DNA of 63,320 nt, the filler included, from Bipalium vagum (Eukaryota), in the NCBI GenBank assembly GCA_037834085.1. It is 3 parts of 3 records of this genome, joined end to end, with 100 filler letters (N's around TTAATTAATTAA, not from the genome) between each part and the next. Parts side by side here need not be neighbours in the genome. Positions count along the whole stretch, not along the records: positions 1 to 17,852 come from JBBMKC010048569.1; positions 17,953 to 44,176 come from JBBMKC010156910.1; 1 more part is not named here. One strand, written 5' to 3'. Position 1 is the first letter of the stretch; each line of letters begins with the position of its first letter. Below are positions 13,001 through 25,709 of this stretch, piece by piece. The translations under genes and the position numbers were made by a program. The notes below the pieces were generated by a model. It saw nothing but the letters and a program-made list of their open reading frames with translations. It was not told the DNA's origin and searched no databases.

Positions 13001-15156
13001 TTGCTATTGTTTAATATATCTTAAATTTGATCATCAAAAATATTTTCAATAATAATTATGCATAACAGTTGATTAAATTAATGAAGTCCTAAAATAAAGA
13101 AAAATTAAATAATTTGAAATTAGAGAAACACAAAAGATATTATTGTGAATAATGAAAATAAAGTTGTTTTGATAAATTAAATAACAGAAAAGATTTTTCA
13201 TAACTTATGTAGTTTGAATAAATCATTGATCGTATAATAAATGACGATAATTTTCGAAATACCGTTTCTAAAATTCTGAACATGATGATTTTTTTTAAGA
13301 AAATGATTAATAAGTTTTACTTTTGTTGGCACAACTCCCAGCGCACCTAACCTACATAGAGGCTCTAACTTAAGCTCGTAAAACCAACGAAACTCTCAAA
13401 TAACTTTAATAATAATTTATGGCGAGACCCTTTTAATTGACACTCAAACTCTTTAACCAAACACCCTGTGCCAGGTACTTGTTCACCGAAAACAATAAAT
13501 TGTATTTCTAAAATTTTCTGAAAAAAAATTTATTGTAGTTCAAGGTAACATGCTACTGATTAAAAAAATCTATAGTTTAAGTGAAAAGAAAGATTTATTA
13601 AAAAATGAGAAGAATCGAACTTCAACACATTTATTACTTAATAAGTAAATACAAAATAAATATTTGTGACCGGCCGGATTTTAAACTTGGTTTTTTTATG
13701 CGATTTCAAAATAAGAATATTAAAATGAAATTTAATTATTATTTATTAATTAATAATTATTATTTAATTATTAATTTTTCTAGAAATTTGACGAAAGAAA
13801 AAATTGTTAAAATTCAATTCATTAATTAATATTATTTATTACTATTTATATTATCCTCTCAATTAAGAAAGGATACGCTGCATTACCGACGTATGCATAA
13901 AATTACGTAGATATTTGTGCAGAAGACTGCTTCTGTAATACTCATTTCTGATTACAGAAAGCATAATTATTTCCGCTTACTCCGGATATTTCATTTATCC
14001 GAAGTAAATTTCCTGGCAACAATCTAACCAGTTTTAAATATTTTTTGATTGCAAAACCTTATCTAATATTTAAATCGGAATAATCGGATAATCATAAAAT
14101 AATTAAATCTTATCTCATTAATTCCTGAGTTTCCGATATTATAGATTATCTTTTTAAAAACCCCATAATTCTCATCAGTTTTTGATTTTTTACTTGCTCA
14201 AAAAATTTTTCGAACGACCGGAACACATTTACGTGAAGTAATATTATGATGAATAATTGCACACAATGGCACAAAGACTTACAAACTTTATTTATTTCTT
14301 GATTTATTAAATCAAATAAGCATGAGATTTTATGCTTCAATCTGTTCCAGCTGTCCGAGTATTCTGTTTTGATATGTATGTCGCTGTTTAGAATACCATT
14401 AGAAAATATTTATTAATATTACACCATTTTTTAATTATATTTATTAGTTAAAATAAATATATCAAACTCATCTAATTCAATTTTTTGTTTATTTATAAAT
14501 AAAATCTTACTGAGTTTATTTTTAATTTAAATATTTCAAACCAAAAGGTTGTTTAAATCAATAGAACATAAAATTTCTAAAAAATTTAAATAACTTAGTA
14601 ATTTTAAATTGATACTATTAACTATCTTAAAATCCATTAATTAAAAAAATATTGAAACGATTATATCACCGAAAACAATGATGCAAAAAATTCATAGAAT
14701 TTATCTATTATTTAATTTTAAACATGCAAATCAACGAAAAATAAAAATATTCAACGAAATAGTAGTAGATAATTATCGAACAAACTAATATCGAAAATGA
14801 ATGAAATCCATAAACAATTTCAAATATCAAAAACACGGCTGAATCATCGCAACGCGTCAGATAAACGTCGTTATGTAATAAATCTTTTTGATAATCAAGT
14901 CTATGCACAACGAAAAATAGCTTTGAAAAATAAATTGTAAAAATAGCAGACAATTTTTATTTTTAAAAAATCAATACAAAATTATAAATGTTGATATTAC
15001 AATAATCAATATATTTTACATTTATACGAAATATTAAAAGTTAATTTCGCACGAAAAATAACAGAAAACAGGACACGGAAATGTATTAAAAACTCGTGGT
15101 ACTCATATAATTGTATGGTTTTTTCTCTGTATACTCTATTTTTTTCTGCGGCTCGC

Positions 15157-16523
15157 TCAAACGAATTCCGTGCTGCCTATCGGAGCCGAAGGATTTCTTT
15201 TTGCACTGCTCACAGCCGGAGGCAATTTGACGGCCATGTTATTAATGGAATATTGATCGGCCATAATATAATAAGGGTGATTTCGCAGGTCTTTATCTGA
15301 ATATTTTGCTTCGAAAGTATCGAAAAGATTAGAGACGATAGCCGATGTTATCAGATCACCACTATTGATATAGATCATTTGAACGATGAGATATCCGTCA
15401 TATTGCAAAAAGTCCCGAACGAATTTTGCAACGAGCTCACTTTTCGAAGAGTCATATGAGTCGTCCAGTTTGAGGAATTTTTTGATGAACTGAACACGAC
15501 AGCAAGTCAACATTCGTTTCATCCACACCAGAATGCTGATAGCAGTTGTCAGGGCAACAAAACAAATCCAAGCGAAACACACTAGGAACAATTTCTCATT
15601 GAGCATATTTTGTGGCAACGAGCATTGGGCCACGTAATTGTTCTGATATTGGCCAGTGACAACGATATTCTCGATGTTACAATAAGTGACACGTGGGAAA
15701 ACTCGAGTCTGTTCCCATGATTTGTATTGAATTGTGTTTTTGAACAATTGCCATGTGAAAGATATAACGTTCATGTTTGAATTGAACAGTCGAGAAATGA
15801 AGATCAATTGGAAAATAGCGTTAGAGAGGTATGCGAATTTCATGACGAAATACCAGAATGAAAGCCAAGTTCCTAGACGTTTACTGGCTACCAGAACACC
15901 AAATAGATCGTTGAAATATCTTCGCACGTTGGAAATTTTTCCCTGGCGATAATCTCTATGACAATACAGAATGGACTCGATATGATCGGAAATCGGTTTG
16001 GAGTTTTTTTTACAATTGTCTTCGTAGCGGATCTTGTTAGCTTTTTGAATCATATTTTCCAAATCAACACCAAGCTTTTTATAGCAAAACGATTGCCATA
16101 AGACTCGTGGTAGATAGAAGAAAATGCACATCATTCCCAAAATAAACGGCATCCATTGGTAATAATCTAATTGAAAATAAATACAGCAATAATAGATTAA
16201 ATATATCTACCAATTTTTAAGTGTTCAGCTTCTTTCCATTGACTTGGAGTTCTGGGCATTGTATCGTTTGGTAAAATAGCATAAGTACCAGTAACCCAAC
16301 AGTAATTTTCTACATAATCATCAAACTTGGATCCTGATGGGAAAACCGACAGATAGCAGGATAATGGTGACAATATGTATGTTTTTGAAGTGACAAATAT
16401 AGTTGAGAGCATCAGAAATACAACGGTTACTAGAAAGCTCAATTTGTCAGCAAAATCTTCCAGCCCACAATAATTTGTGAGCTGGAACTTTTCCACTAAG
16501 CTCATAAAATCTTGGGCTACCAT
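15157..16523 (-). CDS. inx: Innexin (gap-junction protein), 440 aa; exons 16523-16211 and 16166-15157, 44-bp GT-AG intron 16167-16210
   Basis: Splicing restores the innexin signature DYYQWMPF. Also EDFADKLS, ENYCW, FPRVTYC, QCSLPQNMLNEKLF, four hydrophobic segments; frame intact. Confidence 0.96.
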
Positions 16524-17571
16524 ATATTATTCTAAAATAAAATAGATAATTAATAAACGAGTTATTAATAATTGAAAAATTTAAAGAGTTTAAGTAGCTT
16601 TTCTTTATGATTTTTTCAACTAAATATTGTTAAAAAATATCATGCGTTTTAAACAAAACTGATTTATTATTTATATATAAAATTAAGTTTTGATTTTTAA
16701 GCAGTGAGAAGCACAAAAAATATTATTAAAATATTTTTCGTAGTCTTTTTACAATTTATAACTATTTTATATTATAAAATATTAAATTTTGAATTAATAA
16801 TTAAATGGTAAATATAATAATAACCTTGATAATAATACAGTATTTAAATTTTGCTTATATTCAGTATGTTAATATTTTTTATACTTTCAATAATAATATG
16901 GTGAAAATTAAATGGTGAAATTTTTGAAAGTCAGTTTTTTTAGCTTTCAATTCATTTATTAAATTAATTGGTAATTAATTTTCTATATGTAAAATATTCT
17001 TTAAGTTGGTTTTAAATTAAATTACATAAAAGTGATTTATTTATGATGGATCAGCACTCCCAATAAATATGTGAATGAAGTTTGTTTATTCAATTTAAAG
17101 TTAGAATAATTACAAAGTATTTAATATTGGTAAATGTTAAATGTAATGTGTTAAAATTGTAAATTTTAATAAAAATAAACACAAAATTTTATGTACATAT
17201 TTTGATAATTACAATTATTTGATGAGCTTCTTAATTGCTAAATTACTTTCTAAACATGTAGAACTCATCTAAAGTAAAATAACAAGAATTTTTAATTTTT
17301 TTGTTAATAATAATAATTGAATAACGGAGTTACATTCTGCAATTCTAATAGAAGTTGTAGTACTAATCATAGTAACTAATGGAACTACCTAAAATAAATT
17401 TTTTTATTCAGTGATCTCTTTACTGATATTCTTTATTTAAAATACTTATTGAACATGACATCTAAATTGTTTAACGAAAGTACTATTTTGAATGTTTAAA
17501 AATTTAATAAATTGTTACTATTATACTAAAACGTAGCAACGTGTGCTCGTCTGCTCGTGACTCCTCATTTT

Positions 17572-17852
17572 TGTTACGATATTAATTCACTATGAACCCA
17601 GTCGTAACCGTAGCTCGAAACGTTGCTGACCCCTTCACTTGCCCCTATGCGTGTACGCAATTGAATGAATCAAACAACTAAATACAACACTATTGTTTCA
17701 ACAACAATACAAAATATTCAAAACAATCACTAAAATGTCGATCAACTGTCTTTAAATAAAAATCAATTGTATCACACTGAAAAAAGCAAAAATTATAATA
17801 ATCAATAATAAGTAAATGTTATGATCAAATGTAAATAAAGTTCAAATAGTAA
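17572..17852. mobile_element. Probable LTR (partial, runs into the gap)
   Basis: Begins tgttac; shares gctc-aaac-tt-ctgacc(c)cttcactt with the TG..CA-bounded segment at 56224-56592. Confidence 0.35.
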
Positions 17853-17952
17853 NNNNNNNNNNNNNNNNNNNNNNNNNNNNNNNNNNNNNNNNNNNNTTAA
17901 TTAATTAANNNNNNNNNNNNNNNNNNNNNNNNNNNNNNNNNNNNNNNNNNNN
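17853..17952. other. Artificial contig linker (44 N + TTAATTAATTAA + 44 N)
   Basis: Identical 100-bp structure at 44177-44276; the 12-mer has stops in all six frames. Confidence 0.95.
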
Positions 17953-18250
17953 TACACTCCGCCGAATTTTGAAGATTGATTTATTTATGCATCCTTACAA
18001 AATTCAAATGGTCCAAGAATTGCATCCTGGTGACTTGGCGTTACGATTAAGGTACAGTAATGCAATTTTGTTAGAATATGATAATTATATGTATATTACT
18101 TAAATAAAGTTAATCTTATTGGGATCATGGTTTATTTTATAAATTTAGAATTATGATAAAATGCTTATGAAGAAGAAAACCTTAGACTCCATAATTAGGT
18201 AACTGTGTGGATAAGATCTGATCGATAATAATGATATTAGCGATGAGACA
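17953..18250 (+). mobile_element. Tc1/mariner (DUF4817/rosa-like) transposase fragment
   Basis: TLRRILKIDLFMHPYKIQMVQELHPGDLALRLRY. Confidence 0.7.
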
Positions 18251-18559
18251 TTGACATCACGCTGACTGTTTGGTAAGTTGACGTCGTATAAATTACCTTT
18301 TTTGATGTTCAGAGTTACTTCTTTTGAGAGTCTGTGATTGAGCCAGGAAGCGATTTATTTTTAATGTGTTATATGATGGTTTGGTCTAGATGCATATTCT
18401 ATTACAATTCAAGGGTGTAGAGTTTCATTTGGTGACAATTTAATCTCCCTACAGAGTGGGAGAGGAAATAGATTCGGGTTAGACGTCGTAATACTAAGTG
18501 AAAATATATTACTGCCGCCAAAACCTGAGACATTGTGCTTTTTCAGGACAGAGATCAAA

Positions 18560-20260
18560 GTCAAGTGATTTATGTATTTTAAATCAAGCATTGACTTACA
18601 ATAATTTCACGAGGCTATCAATGAATTAGTAGAAATACAAGATGGAACAATTCCAATTCGCTTTTTAAAATATTTATGTTAAGACGACGAAGTTGTATAC
18701 AAAGCTGGGAATAGGCACGTAGTAACCGGTATCGAGGGAAGCATACGAGGATGCAATAAAATGATTAGACCACGCGTATTAAAGAAATACAAGCCGATCG
18801 TGATTACTAGTCCTTATTTAACCGAATGGCAGAGAGAGTATCCGAAAAGGTGATAGTAAAATATGACAATGTAATCGCAAAGAATGAGTTGGGTTGTAAT
18901 CACATTTTAAAACATTAAATTATTCTCAATCCAACTCCAATCAAAAAGAGGGCATGGAGATAGAAGAAGAAAAAGAGATAGGATTTTTGAAGGCACTAAA
19001 AGAGAAAACCCGGAGGAATAAGAAATTAATGGGAAAAGTATAACAATCTGAAACAAAAAGAATTGGATGAGAGTCTAAGTAAGATGAGGAAATTAAAAGA
19101 ATAATTGACGATTTTTGAAAGAAAAGTAAAATTAGGCAATCTAGGAGAGGGCTGAAGTAAAGATAGCCATAATTTCCCAACGTCTACATTCGAAGACTAA
19201 ATTAACGACGAAAATATTGACGGGAAATCGATTTTACAGGGGCGTCATCAAAGGAGGAAGAGGTTGAATGATTGAGGAAGGAATCCAGAATGTTGAGATT
19301 TCTAATCCTATTTAACAAAAATATAAATTTTATCGATTTATTAATAGTTAATTGGGTAATTAATCTTGAGACTTGTTATAATCGAATTTTACAAAGAAAT
19401 ATAAATTTTTATTTAAATTTTGAAAACTTTTGGTACAACATAATATTTTTGTTAATTCCAATGATTTTAGTAATTTATCATATTTATTATTTTTATATTG
19501 TTACTTATTTATTAATTATTAGATATTTTCCTAACTTAATTAATTTTATTTTCATTGATTAATAGTAGCGAAAGAGAGAAACAAGAAAAATATTCAACCG
19601 AAATTCAAAGATTTCAGAATGTCTAATGTTGAGGCTTCATGTTGTTTGTGAATTTTACTTTTTACTATTCATATGATTATAACTGAAATGGTGAACAAGT
19701 AAACTAGAATTTAGCAATATTGAAAATTCAGAGAAAAAGAATTGTAGTGGAATATGAGATGACCAAACCAGAATGTACGAGAAACAATAGAATATAGATA
19801 AGAGGAGTTTTTGATTTTTAAAAAATATTTTGGATAATCCAACTGGGCAATCTCATAACTTGTGAATATCTACCAGCTGGTGTAATATTATGCTCATTTT
19901 CGGATGGAAAGCATAACAGAAAAAATTTGGCTACAGAGAGATATTGTTCGTGATTGAAGTTTGGATTTTTGTACAAAGAATTTCTTCGAGATCAATAAAA
20001 ACTATTTTAAATATCTAAGATCAGAAAAGATAGTTAAATGAATCAGGAATGGGCTCAACAGAATAGAATATTAAAGATTTGAAAAAAACCTAAAAGATTG
20101 CCTTTAAAAAGTGAATATATATTTCATCCAGTAGCTTATAAAATAGAATCAACGCGGGAAGAAATCTGATTTGAAACTACACCCGAGTTGGAAAAAGATT
20201 CGATAATTATTCTGAATTATTCAGACAGTTCGTCTGAAGATATAGAGGTATAGAGGGAAA
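18560..20260 (+). mobile_element. Degraded Gypsy-like integrase/3' pol remnants
   Basis: Fragmentary integrase-like peptides (e.g. PIVITSPY) in purine-rich, stop-riddled sequence; weak. Confidence 0.3.
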
Positions 20261-20484
20261 GATTAGTTACAGTTTTTAGTGGAATTTGCAATTTATTTCA
20301 TTAAATATTTGTTAGAAATTAATTAAGATGCTATTTTATTATTCATAAACAGATTTAAATGTTATATCTTTTTCTCTATGCTTTTCTTTTCAATACTAAA
20401 ATTTTTAATAGCAAGGCACTAAAGTACTCATTTCATAGACAATTTTTGACTAACGTGAATTTATAAAAAATAATAAATGATATA

Positions 20485-21705
20485 TTAGAGTCTTCCAATT
20501 GAAAGTTTGTTTTTTAGAAAAGTTAAATTTATTTATACAATTTTTCTAAAACTTCTTCCCCATGTTTGATCAAACTTTCGATGCCGCTGCCATACCAGGG
20601 CTTTGTATTAAAGAACCGAGTCAGGACAGTTTCTATATAATGAATTCTGTCAAACTTTTTCCCACAAAGGAAATGGTGTAAAGATCGAAACAAATAGTGA
20701 TCCGAAGTTGCGATGTCTCATCTATATGGAGACTGAGGCATTTTTTCCTATTGAAAGGCTTTCATCTTACGCTGTGTTACTTTTGCAGTGTGTTGTCTAG
20801 CCCCATCGTGATGAACAATAATTTTGTTTCTGTTGATCAATACTGGATGCTTCACAATAAATGCATCTCTCAAAAGGTCAAGAATTTTACAATATACATC
20901 GGTATTTATTGTTTGACTCATTTCCAATAATTCAAAGTGAATTACTCCTTTACAATTCCAGAAGATAATAAAAAAGACCTACTTTGAAGAAGTCCTGTTT
21001 TCGCCACTGGTACAGGGGTTTGGGCTGGAGATAGCCACTTATTTTTGTTATGTGGATTCTCAAACATTATCCACTTTTCATCTCCAGTCACAATCCATTT
21101 GAAGATTTAATCCTTTAAATGTCGAATGAATAATGAGTGACAGATTTGGTCTTCATTATTTTTCTGTTCTGGGCTTAAATCATGAGGGAATCAAATATCA
21201 CACTTATTGCTTTTGTCTATCTCTTTTATATAGTTTCATACACTGCTGACACTACAGTTTAATAGAACAGACAATTCTTTTAATTTTTATCTTGGACTTG
21301 TTTCGATGATAGCATTTAACAGATCATTATCCACCTACAAATTGTCGATCTCCAAACTGAGATCACTATTGCTAAACCGGTCGAACGATTTTTGAAATTT
21401 GCGAACGTCAAGAATATTACCTTGAAAACATCGTTGATATTTTTTGTGGCAACGATGGCATTTGATTCCGTTTAAACTCATACAACGTAAAATGCCGAAT
21501 ATGAGCGTCATTTGGGAGATTTTCATTCAATTCTAAATAAGTTAAATAAATTTATTTAATACGACAAAATTTTAAAATTATTGTTTATAATTGACATCGA
21601 TCTTTGATCTTAAATTGAATTTTAAAGTCTTGCTCATTATGGACGATATAAACATATTAAAACAACAGTATTAAATATTATTTAAAAAAACGAACTTTCA
21701 ACTAT
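20485..21705 (-). mobile_element. Near full-length decayed mariner
   Basis: TIR-like ttagagtcttccaattgaaagttt / aaacgaactttcaa. Minus-strand MKISQMTLIFG..., VTGDEKWI, HHDGARQH, SPYR-DIATSDHYLFRS. Confidence 0.85.
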
Positions 21706-22496
21706 TTTATATTTTATTTGTTTTAGTTAAAAGAAAATTAAATCTTAACTTTTAAATCAGTGGCAGTTATAGTACTTTTTCGGACCATTACTAAAAGGAT
21801 TATATTTTATAATTTTAAGACATTTAATTCCTTATTAAAACAATAAAATACTCAATTTGAATAGTATGACAAGTAAAAAGATTTATAAAAACAAACGAAT
21901 TAGACCTGGAATTTATTGTTCTTTTAAACTCAATGGCACTTATAATTTAATTAATTTTTTTTTCCTTTTGATTTTACTTTTATATCTTAGTTTACAATCT
22001 CCAGGATTATAAATGAATGACAGAAACTGAGGACACTATTATAAAATGGTAATAATTAATTGTTTGACGCAATTAATTATGACTCCAGGAAAAACTATGC
22101 TTACTTTATAATCATTTCAATTGGTACATTACGTCAAATGCCAAACAGCTGACGAGAGCAAAGCTTTGACTACCACAAGATTAGACTGAACAGCTGTCAA
22201 AAATAAAAATGCTATTATTTTTAATTCTTTATAAAATAAATTTGGTCTATGTACTCTGGACTTTTACCCTTTTTATTCTAAACTTCAATATCCCAAGTCT
22301 CTGTTAATCGTTAAAATCTGAGATCGAAGATCCTTTTAAATGTTTAACTATTACAAACAAAACCGACAACATTACAATTGTTTTAAAGATGAGTTTTGTA
22401 TGATATATTTCATTAAAATGACAAATAAAAATGAATATTACACTTCAAAAACAAAATGTTAAAATGAGAGGAAAGATGACAGTCTCTTAAAAAGAC

Positions 22497-23803
22497 TTAA
22501 GGTCGATTGTAAGCAAACCAATACAGAAAATTGAACAAAATAAATACAATCGGGAACCATATGCTAAATAGACGATCCAACTGATGGGGTTTTATTTTAT
22601 AGATAGTTTTATTTTTTGTTTCATGCTTCACTGTGGTTTCGTTATGTTCTTCTCTTAAGAAGTTCGACAAAGGATTGTTAATATCCCCCTCTTTACAGGA
22701 TGACGGTGTTTTCTTAGAACCGATTGAGCCTAATATCATTAGCTCATTTTTTACCATTTGTTTCAGATCATTCTTAAATTTATTTTTTTCTTGATTTCTA
22801 GCTAAGCAATTGACAACAGTAAACTCAAAAAGTGAAATGATCACAAATGCTAAACATGTGAACATCCAAACATCAATCGCCTTCACGTACGAGACTTTTG
22901 GTAACTTCTCAACAACGGCAGAACTCTGTGTCATTAGCGCCAGTAATGCCAACAGACCCAGCGTTATTCTGGCAGGAACTGCACGATAGTCGATGAAGAA
23001 CGCCACCCAACTTATAGATACAATGAAAATCGATGGCAAGTACGTGTAAATTAAATAAAATCCAAATTTTCTCTTCAAGACAAAGTTGACTTGTAAGCAA
23101 CTAAAATTGCCAGTCAATTCAAAGTGTGACTGACAAAAATGGGTCGATATTTCAGGTTTGAAAAATTCGTTTAAATTGATTCGTTCATTAAGGAAAATGT
23201 GCTTATCTTTATAATTCCACCATTCGAAACGTAAATCTTCAATCGGATATCCATAGCTCCCCATTTGCATGAAACAGGTTTGAGTATCTAATGGGAAATT
23301 CCACAAATTCATTTCACAAAACAAAGTCACTGTTAATTTCTGGCTGAATTTCAACCTTCCATCTGGATATAACCACATCATATGATTAGGCTTAGTAACA
23401 GTATGTGTCGAAGACCGTTTAGAATTTCGGAAAAACAAGTCTGAGGTCCAAAGTTTTGATTTTAAGTAACCTATTGACAGAGATTCAAACGACTGATTTA
23501 GACTAAGCCTTTTATCTATCCACGTCTGACGGACCATTATATCAAGAGTGAAATCATTATCACCAACATTTATACTGCTGAAAGCCACAATAAAGATATT
23601 AATACCTACCACAACAGCATTGTGGCCATCATGATTGGAAAGTTCTGTCTGATATATCGGTGGCCGAACAGTTGGCTCGTAGCGAATATTTTGTAAATGT
23701 TGAGTTATTTCTTGTTCTAATCTTAATTCATTTTCTGGAAGGTCTGTCTTGCACATGATAGCTCCAAAGAAAATTCCATTTAGAGAGAAAGTCACAATTA
23801 AAA
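22497..23803 (-). CDS. Cys-loop ligand-gated anion channel subunit (GlyR/GluCl-like); one large exon, true first exon upstream and not located
   Basis: WTSDLFF, Cys-loop CEMNLWNFPLDTQTC, SYGY, second loop-C Cys pair (FCQSHFELTGNFSCL), M1 YLPSIFIVSISWVAF, anion-selective PAR before M2, PKVSYVKAIDVW, M4. Acceptor aatttag at 23804 precedes a signal-peptide-like stretch. Confidence 0.93.
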
Positions 23804-23881
23804 CTAAATTAATAATTTATTAAATAAAGAGATTAATAAAAAATTATTTTTATAATTTGCATTAACATAATTAGTCTTATA

Positions 23882-25092
23882 CAAAGCTTGTTATATAAAT
23901 AACCAAAAATTTATTGATACACCTTTAAATACAGATTATATTTTCCATAAAAGATTATAATTATTCAAAATAGGTCTCATGGGATTCAATCCAATATCTG
24001 GTATGGTCAGCTAGTGCATGCATAGATTTTTCAAAGTCATTTAAAGGAATTTTCTTGAGTACTCGTGTCACGGCTGCTTTAATCAGTTGAACATTATCAT
24101 AAAATACACCTTTCAATGCCCAATCTCAATTTTTAGAATAGAAAATAGCCACATGGTGATATATCAGGCAAATATGGTCGATGTCCGTGATAATTTTTTT
24201 ATCAAGAATTCAAAAATTTTATGGTCTTGTGCGCTGTGGTCTTATGGTGCAATAAAACAACTGCTTTTCTTCTTGACAATTCTCGAACAATTCTTGACCA
24301 AAAACGATATAAAACATTTAAATAATATTCTTCATTAACATTTTAAAATTTTGAAACAAATTTCTTAATGGACTATACCTTTTGAATCATAAAAAGTAAT
24401 AAGCATTGTTTTAATTCTCGATTTTCGAAAACGAATTTTTTTTGGTTTCGGTTCATCTACTGACTTCCATTTACTACTTTGACGCTTGGTTTGCGGCTCA
24501 TATTTTAAACACCACGTTTAATAATCAGTTATAATTGAGTCAATATAATCTGGATTGTTTTCAACAGTGTTGAGGAGATCTTTACAATATTCAACGCGAG
24601 ATGTTTTTGATCTAAACTTAATGCAAGAGGAACAAACTTAGTACAAACTTTTTTTACCCAAATCTTTCGTTAAAATTGTCCAAATGGTAAATACACTTTT
24701 ATTTAATTCTTCTAACATACTTACTTTTTCCACCAAATGTGGATGATTTTCATCGTCATTCAAATTATCACGATCATTTCTAAATCGTGTAAAAAATGTA
24801 GAAACTTGTGTAAGAGACATGTAATCATCACCATAAACATTTTGCAGCAATTCATAAGTCTGTAAATCTTTTCTCGATTTTAAAAAAAATTTAATATTTG
24901 CTCTTTGTTCCATTGACATAAGCATGATATATACATTTATTTAAATGCATATAAAATTTAAACCTGCTATCCGGATAAAATAAATTTCGATGATTTTCAA
25001 AGATGTAATTTTAAATTAAAGATATTTTTTTAAAAATAAAACTTTTAGCATATGATTTAAATCAAAAGTTCGGTTACTTATATAACACCGTG
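23882..25092 (-). mobile_element. Full-span decayed mariner with both TIRs
   Basis: TIRs share tgttatataa(a/g)taacc. HTH MEQRANIKFF..., IITDY-TWCLKYEPQTKRQS, KTMLITFYDSKGIVH. Confidence 0.85.
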
Positions 25093-25709
25093 TATTTACC
25101 ATATTTTTTGAATTTTCTGTAATAAAAGAATCAGAAGGGAAAATGTTTGAACAAGATTTTTGGATTTTTACAACTATTTTTACCACAGTATCAGTACTGA
25201 ATATTAATTCAAAGAGAGTTTGGCAAATAAATAATTAATTGATTAAATAATATGTAAAGTGTGTGTTTGATGAAAGCCAAAAACATAAACTGGATGACTG
25301 AATGTAGCAGACCCATTATTCAGTTAACATTAATCAGAACATGGGTATGAATTCATTCAAGACTAATAAATTGAGGAACTACAGTTACGTAAATTATATT
25401 AAATATAACCAAATCAAACAATATTCGATAATTGACAAAAATAATAAATAAGTAATCTGAGGTATTATGTTTTACTATAAGCTGTTGATAATGAACTGAA
25501 TTCAAATATTAATACTTTATGATACTTTGAAACTAGTCTCCTCTCAAAAGTCTGATAATTGAAAAGGTAAACCGAAACAAAAGAATTCGATAATAATTGT
25601 TAGGCAATTAATAATAATTAAAAGTATTTGTTTTAATTATCAAGATTTTATAGAAATACAGATTTTTAAAAAGTTTGATGAATAAATAAGAAGGATCAGT
25701 TCAAATTAT

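Noticed and set aside
15115-15952. Plus-strand ORFs 15115-15300 and 15734-15952
   Set aside because: Antisense shadows of the innexin CDS; likewise 58886-59176 (JMJD4), 22909-23100 (alternate frame of the channel) and 54576-54932 (retroelement antisense)
17897-17908. TTAATTAATTAA as a piggyBac target or regulatory palindrome
   Set aside because: It sits symmetrically inside N runs twice; synthetic stop linker
15157-23803. Innexin plus ion channel as a neural gene cluster
   Set aside because: They are separated by an artificial contig linker, so adjacency is unsupported
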